47,690 bases of DNA from an uncultured Tepidisphaeraceae bacterium (GCA_964398315.1 CAYNMV010000029.1:1-47690); one strand, 5' to 3'; shown: positions 7,161-17,622, numbered from the stretch's first letter. A program made the numbers and translations. Notes: a model not told the origin generated them from the sequence alone.

Positions 7161-9056
7161 CTAACGCACGCGGACCACATAGGGCGTCATGAGGATCACG
7201 GGCCGCTGCTGGAGCAGTTGCAGCGATCGGATCTGCTGGCCCAGCAGGCTGCGCAGCTCAGGCGAGAGCGTGCGAAGGATCGAGTCCTCCATGATCGACA
7301 CCTGCGGACGCACGGGCGATGAGGCCTCTGCGCGGCCGCTCAGCAAATCCGCAAGCGTGGTCGGGGCGGGCACGGTGCGCACCCAGTAGCTGCCAGCCTG
7401 CAGCCCAGCGCGCTCGGCCACGTACTGAATGGCCTCCTCCAGCCCGCCGATCTGGTCAACCAGGCCCAGTTCCAGCGCCTGCTCGGCCAGGAAAATGCGC
7501 CCGCGGGCCACCCGCTCGATCTGGTCGATCTTCTCCCGGCGGGTGGTGAGGATGCGATCGGTGAACTGCTGATAGGTGGACTGCATCCACTTTGTCACCA
7601 GCTCGCGCTGGCGATCGCTGAACGGCGACGTGCTGCTGAACAGGTCCGCATTCTTGCCGCGTACGAATGATTCGGAACTGAGCCCCAGCTTGCCGTACAG
7701 ATCCTTGAGGACGAACTTGCCCCCTACCACACCGATAGAGCCGATCACCGCTGTTGGATCGGCGATAATGTGGTCCGCTGCACTGGCCAGGTAATACCCC
7801 CCGCTGGCGGCCATCGAACCGATGCTGACAACCACCGGCTTGTCCTTCGCCACCCGGCGCACCGCCTGCCACATCGCCTCACTGGCCAGGGCGCTGCCGC
7901 CGGGCGAGTCGATGCGGATGACGATCGCCTTGATATCCTCATCGCGAGCGCACAGCCGCAGCGCTTTGCGCATGTCTTCCGAGCCGACCGCCCGGGCGCC
8001 GAAAAGGCTTTCGCCCCCCTCGCCATCGATGATCATCCCTTCGGCGTAGATGACGGCGATCTGCGGGCCCTCGGTGGGCTCCGGCTCTTGCGCCAGGGAA
8101 GCCAGCAGGCCGAAGATGTTGCTGAAATCGATCGGCTGGCGTTCGGGCAGGCCGTAGTGCGGCCGCAGGTCGATCTCGGTGTGATCAAACGACCGTGCGA
8201 TCAGCTCGCGCAGGCCATCGGGATCAATCAGGTGATCCACCAGGCCGGCTTCCTTGGCCCGCCGGCCGCTGATAAGGGCATCATCCACCAGCGCCACCAC
8301 GCGCTCGCGCGGCAGGGCGCGGTAGCGGCTGATGCCGTCGATGATCTGCCCGTACAGCGCATCGGTCAGCCGGTTCAGCTCTTCGCGCAACTGCGGACTG
8401 GGTTCCGTGCGGGTGTACTGTTCATCAGCACCCTTGTATTCGCCGATCTGCACGTAATCGGCCTGGACGCCGATCTTGTCGAGCAGGCCCTTGGCAAACA
8501 GCGTCTCGATCCCGATCCCCGGGATCAGGATTTCGCCGCCTTCGAGCATGCAGATATCGGTTGCGCCCGTGGCCAGCGTGTAGGCGGTGGTGTCATAGGC
8601 ATCGGCGTAGACGAAGGTCTTCTTGCCGGCCTCCCTGGCCCGCTGCAGGGCCCGGCGGATCTCCTGGGCCTGTGCGAGGTTGAAATCGGTCGAGCGAATC
8701 GTCAGCAGCAGGGCCTCCACATCCGCATCGCGCGTCGCCTTGTCGATACGCTGCAGCACCGATTGCAGCGTCAGCCCCTCATCGCCGGCAAAGAAGGAAA
8801 AGTCGGCCGGCCTTTCCATCACCGGCTCGTTCAGGTCGATGTGCGCGACCGTCGGCATGGCGGCGGCCTGCTCCTGCATCGCCTTGATCTTCTCGGCCAG
8901 TTCGGCGGCGGTGGGATAGCGAACCTGGCGCGTGGTTGGCCGGGTTGTGGCCCGGGCGCTGGGCTGAGTGGCTGGCTGGGTTGCCGGCTGCGTGGCGGGC
9001 CTGGCAAGGACCACGGAAGCGCAGACAAGCATGGCCAGAAGCGGGCGAACGAGCAT
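7161..9056 (-). CDS. sppA: Signal peptide peptidase SppA, 67K-type (protease IV, peptidase S49)
   Basis: Two S49 domains are present (IVIRIDSPGGSALASE; GSMAASGGYYLA). Start chosen at MLVRPLLAMLVCASVVLA (a signal peptide) preceded by GGAGAGG. The ORF track extends to 9143, but the N-terminal 29 aa look non-native. Confidence 0.85.
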   Translation of the reverse strand: MLVRPLLAMLVCASVVLARPATQPATQPATQPSARATTRPTTRQVRYPTAAELAEKIKAMQEQAAAMPTVAHIDLNEPVMERPADFSFFAGDEGLTLQSVLQRIDKATRDADVEALLLTIRSTDFNLAQAQEIRRALQRAREAGKKTFVYADAYDTTAYTLATGATDICMLEGGEILIPGIGIETLFAKGLLDKIGVQADYVQIGEYKGADEQYTRTEPSPQLREELNRLTDALYGQIIDGISRYRALPRERVVALVDDALISGRRAKEAGLVDHLIDPDGLRELIARSFDHTEIDLRPHYGLPERQPIDFSNIFGLLASLAQEPEPTEGPQIAVIYAEGMIIDGEGGESLFGARAVGSEDMRKALRLCARDEDIKAIVIRIDSPGGSALASEAMWQAVRRVAKDKPVVVSIGSMAASGGYYLASAADHIIADPTAVIGSIGVVGGKFVLKDLYGKLGLSSESFVRGKNADLFSSTSPFSDRQRELVTKWMQSTYQQFTDRILTTRREKIDQIERVARGRIFLAEQALELGLVDQIGGLEEAIQYVAERAGLQAGSYWVRTVPAPTTLADLLSGRAEASSPVRPQVSIMEDSILRTLSPELRSLLGQQIRSLQLLQQRPVILMTPYVVRVR

Positions 9057-9426
9057 GAACCTCTCCACTTGCGAAATAGACGACAGTAACCGTACCAGGA
9101 CCGTCATCGACCCCCACAGGCACGGGCATCGGAAGTATACCAATCAACCGGGGCACACATGGTGAAAAATGTCCGATCCGATAACTATTGGACCAACCGG
9201 GAGTTGCAACAAAACTGGCCGAAACGGGCCACAGACATGAACTTCTCCTCCTGCTGGTCGTACTATCCATGGTTCAGTGCGGTTCGCGCTTTTTTGAAGT
9301 TTTTTTCCGCCGCCTGCCTGCCGTGAATCCCCTGCTGCGGTATGCGGGGATGGAACTGATCCTGCCGACGGACTATCCTTCCCACCCCTGGTGATCGATC
9401 CCAATGCCCACGCTTGCGGAGAGTTG

Positions 9427-11010
9427 ATGTCTGGTCGTCGAAAGCAAGATTCCATTGCCTCGGTTGCATTTGTTTCGCTGGGCTGTCCCAAGAATCTGGT
9501 GGACAGCGAGCGCATGCTTGGCCTGCTGGCCCAGGACGGCCTGGCCATCACCCCCAATGCCGCCGAGGCCGATGCCGTGGTGATCAACACCTGTGGCTTC
9601 CTCGAGGCCTCGAAGGATGAATCCCTGCGCGAGATTCGCGATGCGGTGGACCTGAAGAAAGCCGGGAAGGTCAAGCGGGTGATCGTCGCCGGGTGCCTGG
9701 TGCAGCGTCACAAAACCAGGCTGCTTACTGATGTGCCGGAGATCGACCGCCTCGTGGGCGTGTTCGACCGCGAGCATATTGTCAGTGCCGTTCGCGGCAA
9801 GGCGAATCCGCGCCAGGACCACGGCCATTACCTGGGCAAGTATCACGACCTGTCGCGCGAATTGGCACAGAATGCAGGGTTGAGTGTTCAGGGTTCGGGG
9901 GAGGGTGCTGCGGGCACTGAACGGCAAGGCGGCTCGCATCCCACAACTCAAGGGCAAGCCCGCAAGGCGGAACCCTCTTCCGCTCGCCCCGTCCGCGAGA
10001 CCAAAACCAACCGCCTGCCCGTTTTTGAGGATGATCGCGCCCGCCTGCGGCTCACGCCCCGCCACTACGCTTACTTGCGCATCAGCGAAGGGTGCAACCA
10101 GGGCTGCGCTTTCTGCACCATCCCGTCCATTCGCGGGCTGATGCGCTCCAAGCCAATCGACCAGATTCTGGCCGAAGCCAACGAGCTGGCATCGGACGGC
10201 GCGGTTGAGCTGAACCTGATCGGACAGGATACCACCAGCTACGGCAGCGACATCGGCTATGCCGAGGGCCTGGCCGGGCTGCTGCGCACGCTCGACAGGC
10301 GCGTGCCCAGGGATGTGGCGTGGCTGCGGCTGATGTATGCCTACCCCTCCTGCTTCACCGATGAGATGATCGATGCGATGGCCGAGGCGCAGCGCGTGGT
10401 GAAATACATCGACATGCCGCTGCAGCACATCAACGATGAAATCCTGATGCGCATGAAGCGGCGTGTCACGCGCCAGCAGACCGAAACGCTGCTGCACAAG
10501 CTGCGCGAACGTGTGCCCGGCATCGCCATCCGCACGACTTTCATCGCCGGCTCACCCGGCGAAACCGAGGCCCAGCACCGCGAACTGGTGCAGTTTGTGC
10601 GCGACTTCGGCTTCGACATGATGGGCGTGTTCCCCTACTCCCCCGAGCCGGGCACGCCGATGGGCCGCATGACCGACCAGGTGCCCGAGGAGGTCAAGCG
10701 CCAGCGGGTTGAGGAACTGATGCTCACCCAGCAGGAAGTGGCGTTTGCCAAGGCCCAGGCGATGGCAGGCCGGACGATCGAGGTCCTGATCGACCGCCCC
10801 GCCGGGCGGGACATCGAAGATGGATTCATCGCCCGCACCACCGCGCAGGCGCCTGATATCGACTCGGTGACGTTTGTGACCGGCCCGGGAATTGAAGCGC
10901 TCCATCCGGGACAACTGGTGCAGGTTCAGATCACCGGCAGCCAGGACTATGACCTGGTCGCCGAGCTGCCGCGCAAAAAAGTGCGGAGCCTCAAGGTTGT
11001 CAGCGCCTGA
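9427..11010 (+). CDS. rimO: Ribosomal protein S12 methylthiotransferase RimO (radical SAM MTTase) with a low-complexity insertion
   Basis: VAFVSLGCPKNLVDSE N-terminal MTTase motif. Radical-SAM CxxxCxxC motif (EGCNQGCAFC). C-terminal TRAM region. A GGAGAG RBS lies 6 nt before the ATG at 9427 (the track starts at GTG 9391). An inserted Gly/Ala/Pro-rich ~60 aa segment lies around nt 9880-10020. Confidence 0.85.
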   Translation: MSGRRKQDSIASVAFVSLGCPKNLVDSERMLGLLAQDGLAITPNAAEADAVVINTCGFLEASKDESLREIRDAVDLKKAGKVKRVIVAGCLVQRHKTRLLTDVPEIDRLVGVFDREHIVSAVRGKANPRQDHGHYLGKYHDLSRELAQNAGLSVQGSGEGAAGTERQGGSHPTTQGQARKAEPSSARPVRETKTNRLPVFEDDRARLRLTPRHYAYLRISEGCNQGCAFCTIPSIRGLMRSKPIDQILAEANELASDGAVELNLIGQDTTSYGSDIGYAEGLAGLLRTLDRRVPRDVAWLRLMYAYPSCFTDEMIDAMAEAQRVVKYIDMPLQHINDEILMRMKRRVTRQQTETLLHKLRERVPGIAIRTTFIAGSPGETEAQHRELVQFVRDFGFDMMGVFPYSPEPGTPMGRMTDQVPEEVKRQRVEELMLTQQEVAFAKAQAMAGRTIEVLIDRPAGRDIEDGFIARTTAQAPDIDSVTFVTGPGIEALHPGQLVQVQITGSQDYDLVAELPRKKVRSLKVVSA

Positions 11011-11118
11011 TGCGCACGGCAGGCTTCCTGGCCTGCGCTGCCCGGGGCCCGCTGGCTTTTCTTCCCGCGCGCCTCGCGATATAACCCCCACCTCACCCAA
11101 GCAAGAAGGAGAACCAAC

Positions 11119-11589
11119 TTGGAACGCACCCTCATCATCTTCAAGCCGGACGCGGTTCAGCGTGGTCTTTGCGGCGAGATCCTGACGCGCTTCGAGAAGA
11201 AGGGCCTTCAGATCGTCGGCATGAAGTTCATGCAGATCCCCCGCCAGCTCGCTGAAACGCATTACGAGCCGCACAAGGGCAAGCCATTTTACGAAGGGCT
11301 GGTCAACTTCATGACCAGCAGCCCGGTGGTGGTGCTGGCACTGGCCGGCAAGGACGCCATCGCCATCGCCCGCAAGATGATGGGCAAGACGTTCGGTTCG
11401 CAGGCCGAGCCGGGCACCATCCGTGGCGATTATGGCGTGAGCAACTCCTTCAACCTGATCCACGGCTCAGACTCCCCCGAGAGCGCTGCACGTGAACTGG
11501 GCCTGTTCTTCAAGCCTGAAGAGCTGATCGACTGGAAGCCCGCCCTCCAGGGCTGGGTGTATGACCTGAGCAAGGGCACCGCCGAGTAG
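11119..11589 (+). CDS. ndk: Nucleoside diphosphate kinase
   Basis: MERTLIIFKPDAVQRGLCGEILTRFEKKGLQIVGMK ... NLIHGSDSPESAARELGLFF. TTG start with an AAGGAGAA RBS. Confidence 0.9.
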   Translation: MERTLIIFKPDAVQRGLCGEILTRFEKKGLQIVGMKFMQIPRQLAETHYEPHKGKPFYEGLVNFMTSSPVVVLALAGKDAIAIARKMMGKTFGSQAEPGTIRGDYGVSNSFNLIHGSDSPESAARELGLFFKPEELIDWKPALQGWVYDLSKGTAE

Positions 11590-11681
11590 GGCCTTTGCAG
11601 GCTGCAATCTGCGGTTGAAGCGGGCATGCCCCTGACCTTCAACCGCAGGTTGCGGATCCCGCCGCATCAACTGGAGGCCTC

Positions 11682-12560
11682 ATGTCGGCGTTCCGCAATA
11701 TCGTCAACGACCGCAGCAGCAACCCGCCGCGCCTGCGCACTCAATACAACATGTGGGCCCTCATCGGCCTGCCGCGCGATGGGCAGGAATGGACGCTGGA
11801 CCAGCGGCTGGACCACGTCCGCGAAGCGGGCTTCCAGGGGTTTGAAGCCACGGCTGCCACCGAGCAGCAGGCCGATGAACTGGCCGGCAAACTGCGCGAC
11901 CGGGGCCTGGAATACGGCTTCGCCGCCCTGGTGACCACGCTGGATGATGTGAAGAAGGTGCGCGACCTGGCCCTGCGCATGCAGGCGCAGTACGTCACCG
12001 TGCAGGTCTTCGGCGCCATGAAAGGCAGCGATGAAATCGTCGCCACGCTGTCGGAGATGATCGACCTGGTCAACAGCGCTGGCCTGCCGTTCTTCGTGGA
12101 GACACACCGCGGACGGGTGACGCAGGACCTGCGGCGGACGGTCAGGGTGGCCCGGCAACTCGATCGCCTGCGCCTCACCGGCGATTTCTCGCACTACGTC
12201 GTCGCCGGTGAACTGGGCGGGCAATGGCCGCCAGAGGTGTGGGATGCCTTCACCTTCCTGGCCGGCCGCTGCGGCAACTGGCACGGCCGCATCGGCAACG
12301 GCGAGCAGGTGCAGAATGACATCGGCGACGGCAGCGGCGCCATGGCCCAGCAGTTCAAGAAACTCTGGACCGTCGGCTTCCGCGCCTGGCTCAACCAGGC
12401 CCGCCCCGGCGATGTCCTTCCCTTCTGCGCGGAACTCGGCCCCCCCGGCTACAGCATCACCGACCTCTCAGGGCGCGAAATCTCCGACCGATGGCAACAG
12501 TCCCTGGTCATCAAGCGCCTGGCCGAAGAAGCCTGGGCCGATGCCCAGGCGGGCGCATGA
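11682..12560 (+). CDS. Sugar phosphate isomerase/epimerase (xylose-isomerase-like TIM barrel) family protein
   Basis: General similarity pattern to AP-endonuclease-2/xylose-isomerase-like TIM-barrel proteins. The assignment is by overall composition and length only. Confidence 0.5.
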   Translation: MSAFRNIVNDRSSNPPRLRTQYNMWALIGLPRDGQEWTLDQRLDHVREAGFQGFEATAATEQQADELAGKLRDRGLEYGFAALVTTLDDVKKVRDLALRMQAQYVTVQVFGAMKGSDEIVATLSEMIDLVNSAGLPFFVETHRGRVTQDLRRTVRVARQLDRLRLTGDFSHYVVAGELGGQWPPEVWDAFTFLAGRCGNWHGRIGNGEQVQNDIGDGSGAMAQQFKKLWTVGFRAWLNQARPGDVLPFCAELGPPGYSITDLSGREISDRWQQSLVIKRLAEEAWADAQAGA

Positions 12561-12652
12561 ACCAGCGCGGCCCACTGCTTTATGGCCCGCTTTTCAACTC
12601 GTAAAGACGGTGCTGCCATCAACCTTGTCGTTGGCCCCGTCCTCTCACGCCC

Positions 12653-13387
12653 ATGTCCCTCTTTCCGCCCAATCTCGCCACGCGCCGGCGGCAGGCAGAG
12701 TGGATGGACGAAACGACCGATGAGCGGATGCTGCGCGACAGCCTGCGCTTCATTCGCCGGGTGAACGCCCTACTCGGTTACAGGCGGGCGATCCTCGGCC
12801 ATCTTCAGCGCATGAGCCGCCACTGGAAACCGGGTGAGCGCATCACCCTGCTGGACCTGGCCACCGGCTCGGCCGACATCCCGCACGCCATGCTCACCTG
12901 GGCCGATCAATACGGTTGGGATCTGCATGTCACCGCCATCGACCGCCACCCGATCACGCTCGATGAGGCCCGCACCCGCAGCGCCCATCCGCGGCTGCAT
13001 CTCCTGCAGGCCGATGTATTCGATCTGCCGTTTGAAGCCGGCAGCTTCGATTACGTCACGACCGCGATGTTCCTCCATCACCTGGATGACCGGCAGGTGA
13101 TCGATGTGATGCGCACGATGGATCGCCTGGCCCGCCGGGGTGTGATCATTTCGGATCTGCTGCGCCATCGCCGGGCCTATGCGTGGATCCGGCTGTTCAC
13201 GCTCTTTTCCTCGCCCATGGTGAAGCACGATGCGACGATTTCCGTGGCCCAGGCATTTCGGAAAAGGGAGATCGAAGACCTGCGCACAGAGGCAGGTCTC
13301 GCCTATACCGTCTACTACCGCCATTTCGGACATCGCTTCGTGCTTTGCGGCGAGAAACCAGCCGCCATCGGGGTGAGGAGGCAATGA
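12653..13387 (+). CDS. Class I SAM-dependent methyltransferase
   Basis: Motif I-like LLDLATGSADI, plus LHLLQADVFDLPFEAGSFDYV (motif II/III region) and MFLHHL. Confidence 0.65.
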   Translation: MSLFPPNLATRRRQAEWMDETTDERMLRDSLRFIRRVNALLGYRRAILGHLQRMSRHWKPGERITLLDLATGSADIPHAMLTWADQYGWDLHVTAIDRHPITLDEARTRSAHPRLHLLQADVFDLPFEAGSFDYVTTAMFLHHLDDRQVIDVMRTMDRLARRGVIISDLLRHRRAYAWIRLFTLFSSPMVKHDATISVAQAFRKREIEDLRTEAGLAYTVYYRHFGHRFVLCGEKPAAIGVRRQ

Positions 13388-13400
13388 TCCGAGCAATGGC

Positions 13401-14147
13401 TCACTGACCTTTGATCGCCTTAGCCACATCCACCATCGGCGCGGTCCAGATGCGGTCGGCGTTGTGGCTGAGGTAGTCGATCAGCTTCGCGTGTTCATCG
13501 GGCAGGATATGCAGGCGATGCTCGGCGTTGCCGACGCCGTGGAACATGTAGATGATCCAGCCGCCAACCTCGACCGCCTGCTCAATCTGCTGGCGCAGTT
13601 GCTCAAAGGTCTTGCCATCGCCGCTGAAATGTCCCAGGCCGCCCCATTGCGCTTCGCCGGGCAGCACGATCTGCCCGCTGCACGGCCCGCGGCCGGCGAC
13701 AAACTGCTCGAGGATCAGCGGCGCCAGGTCCTGCTCGGCATCGCCGCTGCCCAGCGTGGTATGGCAGCAGGTGTTGGCGAAGGTGCGCTCGGTGCGGCCA
13801 TCCACCAGTTGCAGCAGGCCGTTGGCGATGCGCATCTCCTCGCTCCAGCGCTTGGGCGTGTAGTGCACCAGGTCGAAGGCATCGGGCATCCAGGCGAATT
13901 TTTCGCGCGGCTCCTTGCGGCAGGGATGAAAGAGCGTGTGATTGCCCAGTTCGTGCCCCGCCGCCGCCACTCGGCGCCAGTGCTCAACGTGGTCGAAGAA
14001 GCGCTGCTGCGGAACGACGTTGAAGGTGGCGCGCAAGCCGGCCGCCTCAAGCTGCGGGGCCACCTCGCGCCAGTGCCCCAGGAGGGCATCATCGTATGTC
14101 AGGCTCACTGCCGCCTGCGCCCGCTGCGGGCCATATGTCCATGCCAT
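13401..14147 (-). CDS. Polysaccharide deacetylase (NodB-homology, CE4) family protein
   Basis: VSLTYDDA (a TFDDG-like motif), HELGNHTLFHP and MFHGVG. Start at MAWTYG with a GGAGA RBS (the track ORF extends to 14195). Confidence 0.75.
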   Translation of the reverse strand: MAWTYGPQRAQAAVSLTYDDALLGHWREVAPQLEAAGLRATFNVVPQQRFFDHVEHWRRVAAAGHELGNHTLFHPCRKEPREKFAWMPDAFDLVHYTPKRWSEEMRIANGLLQLVDGRTERTFANTCCHTTLGSGDAEQDLAPLILEQFVAGRGPCSGQIVLPGEAQWGGLGHFSGDGKTFEQLRQQIEQAVEVGGWIIYMFHGVGNAEHRLHILPDEHAKLIDYLSHNADRIWTAPMVDVAKAIKGQ

Positions 14148-14242
14148 CGTGTATCTCCGTAGGACCGGACAGTGTAGGGCCGCGCTGAAAAGCATGGAAG
14201 TCCGCGCACAGCACGGCGTTGCCTGCTAGGATTCCCTCAGCC

Positions 14243-14635
14243 ATGAGCGATACCCGATATCACATCCTTTACGATGCACAGTGCAACCTGTGCACGGGGG
14301 CACGGCGTCTCTTCGAGCTGATCGGTGCGGCCGATCGGTCCACCTTTGTGGACATCCACGATTCCACGGCGATGGCTCGTTTCCCGCAGGTTTCGCGCGA
14401 TCGTGCCCTGGGGCAAATGCACCTGGTGGATGAAATCGGCAACGTGTTCGGCGGTTACGATGCGGTGGTCGAGGGGCTGGGGCGCGCACCCGGCTTTGCG
14501 CCGCTGCATGCCCTGCTGAGCACGCGCTTGATGCAGCGGCTCGGCCGGCGGGCCTACGCCTGGATCGCACGCAACCGTTATCGCCTGTTCGGCCGCAACG
14601 CCTGCGGGGGAACGTGCGCCCTGCCGGCCCGGTAG
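14243..14635 (+). CDS. DCC1-like thiol-disulfide oxidoreductase (DUF393) family protein
   Basis: HILYDAQCNLCTGARRL matches the YDGxCxLC signature of the family. Confidence 0.7.
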   Translation: MSDTRYHILYDAQCNLCTGARRLFELIGAADRSTFVDIHDSTAMARFPQVSRDRALGQMHLVDEIGNVFGGYDAVVEGLGRAPGFAPLHALLSTRLMQRLGRRAYAWIARNRYRLFGRNACGGTCALPAR

Positions 14636-14716
14636 CCATTACCCGCTCGCACCCGCCGACTAGTGTGCTGGCGCCCTTGGACAGCATCCCCGCTGTCCGT
14701 TACAACACCCGACACT

Positions 14717-15352
14717 ATGGCCATTACCCTCACGCGCGATTCGCGCCTGCTCTTCATCGGCGACAGCATCACCGACTGCGGCCGCCGCGAGTGTAAAGAA
14801 GGGATCGGCTCGGGCTATCCGCGCCTGGTCCGCGACTACCTGCGGGCAAAGAACCCGGACACCGCCCCCACCGTCCTGAACACCGGCATCAGCGGCAACC
14901 GTGTCACCCACTTGCAGGAGCGCTGGCAAGCGGACGTGATCGACCTGCGGCCGGATGTGCTGTCAATCAAGATCGGCATCAACGATGTCTGGCATCACCT
15001 CGGCGGCAAGAACGAGGGTGTGCCCATCGACCGTTACATCACAGTTTACCGCCAGATCCTCAGCCAGTTGCGCAACAGCCTGCCGAAATGTGAGCTGGTG
15101 CTGTGTGAGCCGAGCGTCATCAGCCCCCCGGCCCCGGCCGACGGCAATGAAGCGCTCAAGCCCTATGTGCGGGCGGTGAATGATCTGGCCGAGGAGTTCC
15201 GCGCCAGCGCGGTCGTGCCGCTGCACGGCCTGTTTCTCGATGCCGAGCGCCAGCGGCCTGACATCGCCTGGACGACCGATGGCGTGCACCCGACCAGCAG
15301 CGGTCACATGCTGATCGCCCGCGCCTGGCTGAATGCAGCCGGCCTGCTGTAG
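14717..15352 (+). CDS. SGNH/GDSL hydrolase family lipase/esterase
   Basis: LLFIGDSITDCG (block I with the Ser nucleophile), GINDVWH (block III) and DGVHPT (block V; catalytic Asp/His). Confidence 0.75.
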   Translation: MAITLTRDSRLLFIGDSITDCGRRECKEGIGSGYPRLVRDYLRAKNPDTAPTVLNTGISGNRVTHLQERWQADVIDLRPDVLSIKIGINDVWHHLGGKNEGVPIDRYITVYRQILSQLRNSLPKCELVLCEPSVISPPAPADGNEALKPYVRAVNDLAEEFRASAVVPLHGLFLDAERQRPDIAWTTDGVHPTSSGHMLIARAWLNAAGLL

Positions 15353-15414
15353 AAGGGCGCTATCCCCGGTGGCACAATCGATGTGCGGCGGGTGGCTATC
15401 CGGCCGCAAATCCC

Positions 15415-16938
15415 ATGTGCCCCATCCCTTTTCAGGATAATTGCTTGACTCTGAGCCTGCCGTACAAGCTCGACCCCAACCCGCCGAATCGCTGGCCGCG
15501 GGTGCTTGGGTCTATCCTGGTGGCGCTGATGCTGCTGGCGCCGGTGATAGCCGAAACGCTTGAACCGATCCGCCGTATGGCCAAGGCGCAGGAGCGGGCC
15601 GCCCGTGGTGAAACCGGCGAGCATGAGATCATGCGCGGCGCCCTGGGCCGCTGGCGGCATGATATCCGCGCCTTCTGGGCGGGTGAGAACATCTACCTGC
15701 CCCCCCTGCCCGAAGTGGTCAGCCAGGCCGGCGAGCGCGGCGACTGGCCGGCGCTGCATCCCAACATGCCGCTGGTGGTGGTGCTGCTCACGCCCTTCAC
15801 CCTCCTGCCCACGGCCGCCATTGCCGGCGTCTACGCGGTGGCGAAACTGGCGGCGTGGATCTGGGCGATGATCCTGGCGCTGCGCCTGGCGACTCATGAT
15901 CAGCGCCTGATGAGCGGCGGCGTGGCGCTTCTGGCGTTTGTGGCGGCGTGGGATTTTTTCATGACCGATATCTCCCATGCCAACACCAATATCTTTGTCG
16001 CGCTGTTCATCATGTTGCACCTGTGGTGCTTCCGCACCCAGCGCGATATCGCCGCCGGGATCTGGCTGGCACTGGCGATCTGCCTGAAGATGACGCCGGC
16101 ACTGTTCGTCGTTTACTGGCTGTTCCAGCGGCAGTGGAAGCTTGTGGTGTCCAGCGGCGTGGCATTCGTGCTGCTGACGCTGTCGCCGGTGGTGCTGCTG
16201 GGGGCCGAGCGGCTGATCCAGGACCTGCACGCCTGGTGGACATACATTATCTACCCCGCCACCATTGGCGGGGCCTGGTGGCCGACCAACAACAACCAGT
16301 CGCTGCATGCGATGATCGCCCGGCTGTTCATCCGTGGCCCCTGGGGCAACTATGTGATGGACACCGATTTTCCGCCCACCGAACAGGCGCGGTTCGCGTC
16401 GATCGCGATTTACGACCTCGGGCCAATCGGCGCCAGGCGGTTGCTGCAGGGCCTGCAACTGCTGCTGCTGCTCGTGACGGCGATGGCGATCGGCGGGCGG
16501 AGGCTGCCGCGCGATGACGGCCGGCGGGCCCTGCACTGGGGGATGGTCTCATCGCTGATGCTCCTGTTCAGCCAGCGCACCTGGGATCACCACGCCGTCC
16601 ACCTCATGATCGCCCACTGCGCCGCCGCCTATACCATCTTCTACGGCCGGCTCTCCCAGCGTGCTGGCACGATCACGGGCTGGGTCTTCATCGCCGCGTT
16701 TTTGTGGATGTTTGCCACCAGCGGCGACATACTCAAAGGCATATTTGGCAAGGAAGGCCTGGACCGCATCAACGCCTGGGGCACGACCTTCTGGCATTTC
16801 GTGGCGATGTGGGGGCTGTGCCTCTACCTGGCGCTGAAACTGCGACGGGAGGACGATCCATACCTCCCTGCCGACGCTGCCGACGTCCCAGAGAAGGCCG
16901 CGACAGTGCAAGCCGAATTGGCAAATGATGCTCCTTGA
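15415..16938 (+). CDS. Polytopic membrane protein, probably a GT87/DUF2029-type glycosyltransferase (PimE-like)
   Basis: About 10 or more hydrophobic helices. An N-terminal loop carries RAFWAGENIY...HPNMP; the overall topology resembles DUF2029. Low certainty. Confidence 0.45.
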   Translation: MCPIPFQDNCLTLSLPYKLDPNPPNRWPRVLGSILVALMLLAPVIAETLEPIRRMAKAQERAARGETGEHEIMRGALGRWRHDIRAFWAGENIYLPPLPEVVSQAGERGDWPALHPNMPLVVVLLTPFTLLPTAAIAGVYAVAKLAAWIWAMILALRLATHDQRLMSGGVALLAFVAAWDFFMTDISHANTNIFVALFIMLHLWCFRTQRDIAAGIWLALAICLKMTPALFVVYWLFQRQWKLVVSSGVAFVLLTLSPVVLLGAERLIQDLHAWWTYIIYPATIGGAWWPTNNNQSLHAMIARLFIRGPWGNYVMDTDFPPTEQARFASIAIYDLGPIGARRLLQGLQLLLLLVTAMAIGGRRLPRDDGRRALHWGMVSSLMLLFSQRTWDHHAVHLMIAHCAAAYTIFYGRLSQRAGTITGWVFIAAFLWMFATSGDILKGIFGKEGLDRINAWGTTFWHFVAMWGLCLYLALKLRREDDPYLPADAADVPEKAATVQAELANDAP

Positions 16939-17169
16939 GGGCCGGCCCTCTGTGAGACGACAAAGCACGCACAAGCTGGATTACCAGTCGCCGGAAACGA
17001 CGGATAGAGTCGGCCATGCCATAGTGGGCATTACATGCATGCAATTTGCGACCTTGGGATCGTGGCAACCCCATCAGCATGCATGACGAGGAGGCACTTT
17101 CATCCTCGCGCTGCCCTTTGCTGAGTTATCCTCTGCAGCTCTGAACCCAGAATCTTGCCCCCAACCCTC

Positions 17170-17622
17170 TTACGCCTGCCGCGAGTTGAGGATGAGGGTC
17201 ACTGGACCGTCATTGGTCAGTGTCACTTTCATATCCGCCTGGAACTGGCCGGTGGCAACAGGGATGCCGGTGGCGCGGACGGCGTCGACGACGGCATCGA
17301 ACAGCCGGCGGGCCTGATCGGGGGGCGCGGCGGCATCAAAGCTGGGGCGGCGGCCTTTGCGGGTCTCGGCGACGAGGGTGAACTGGCTGACCAGCAGGAT
17401 CGAGCCGCCCACCTGGCGCACGTCGAGGTCAAAATGCTTCTCGCCGGTGGGGTCGCGGAAGATGCGCAGCGCGGTGAGCTTGTCGGCCGTCCATTTGACA
17501 TCCGCCTCGGTGTCATCGCGCGTGACGGCGACGAGGGCGAGCAGGCCGTGGCCGATGCTGCCGACCGTCCGGCCATCGACGACTACGCCGGCGGAGAGAA
17601 CGCGCTGAATCACGGTGATCAT
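17170..17622 (-). CDS. dtd: D-aminoacyl-tRNA deacylase
   Basis: MITVIQRV...GHGLLALVAV...LLVSQFTL...TNDGPVT. Full-length Dtd (150 aa) with the SQFTL motif. Confidence 0.9.
   Translation of the reverse strand: MITVIQRVLSAGVVVDGRTVGSIGHGLLALVAVTRDDTEADVKWTADKLTALRIFRDPTGEKHFDLDVRQVGGSILLVSQFTLVAETRKGRRPSFDAAAPPDQARRLFDAVVDAVRATGIPVATGQFQADMKVTLTNDGPVTLILNSRQA

Noticed and set aside
12208-12723. 171-aa + strand ORF overlapping the TIM-barrel gene in another frame
   Set aside because: Alternative-frame ORF with Ala/Pro/Ser/Arg-rich low-complexity translation; a typical high-GC artefact.
17081-17110. Small hairpin CGAGGA-(10 nt)-TCCTCG between the convergent GT87-like and dtd genes
   Set aside because: Only a 6-bp stem with a long loop and no U-tract; too weak to call a terminator.
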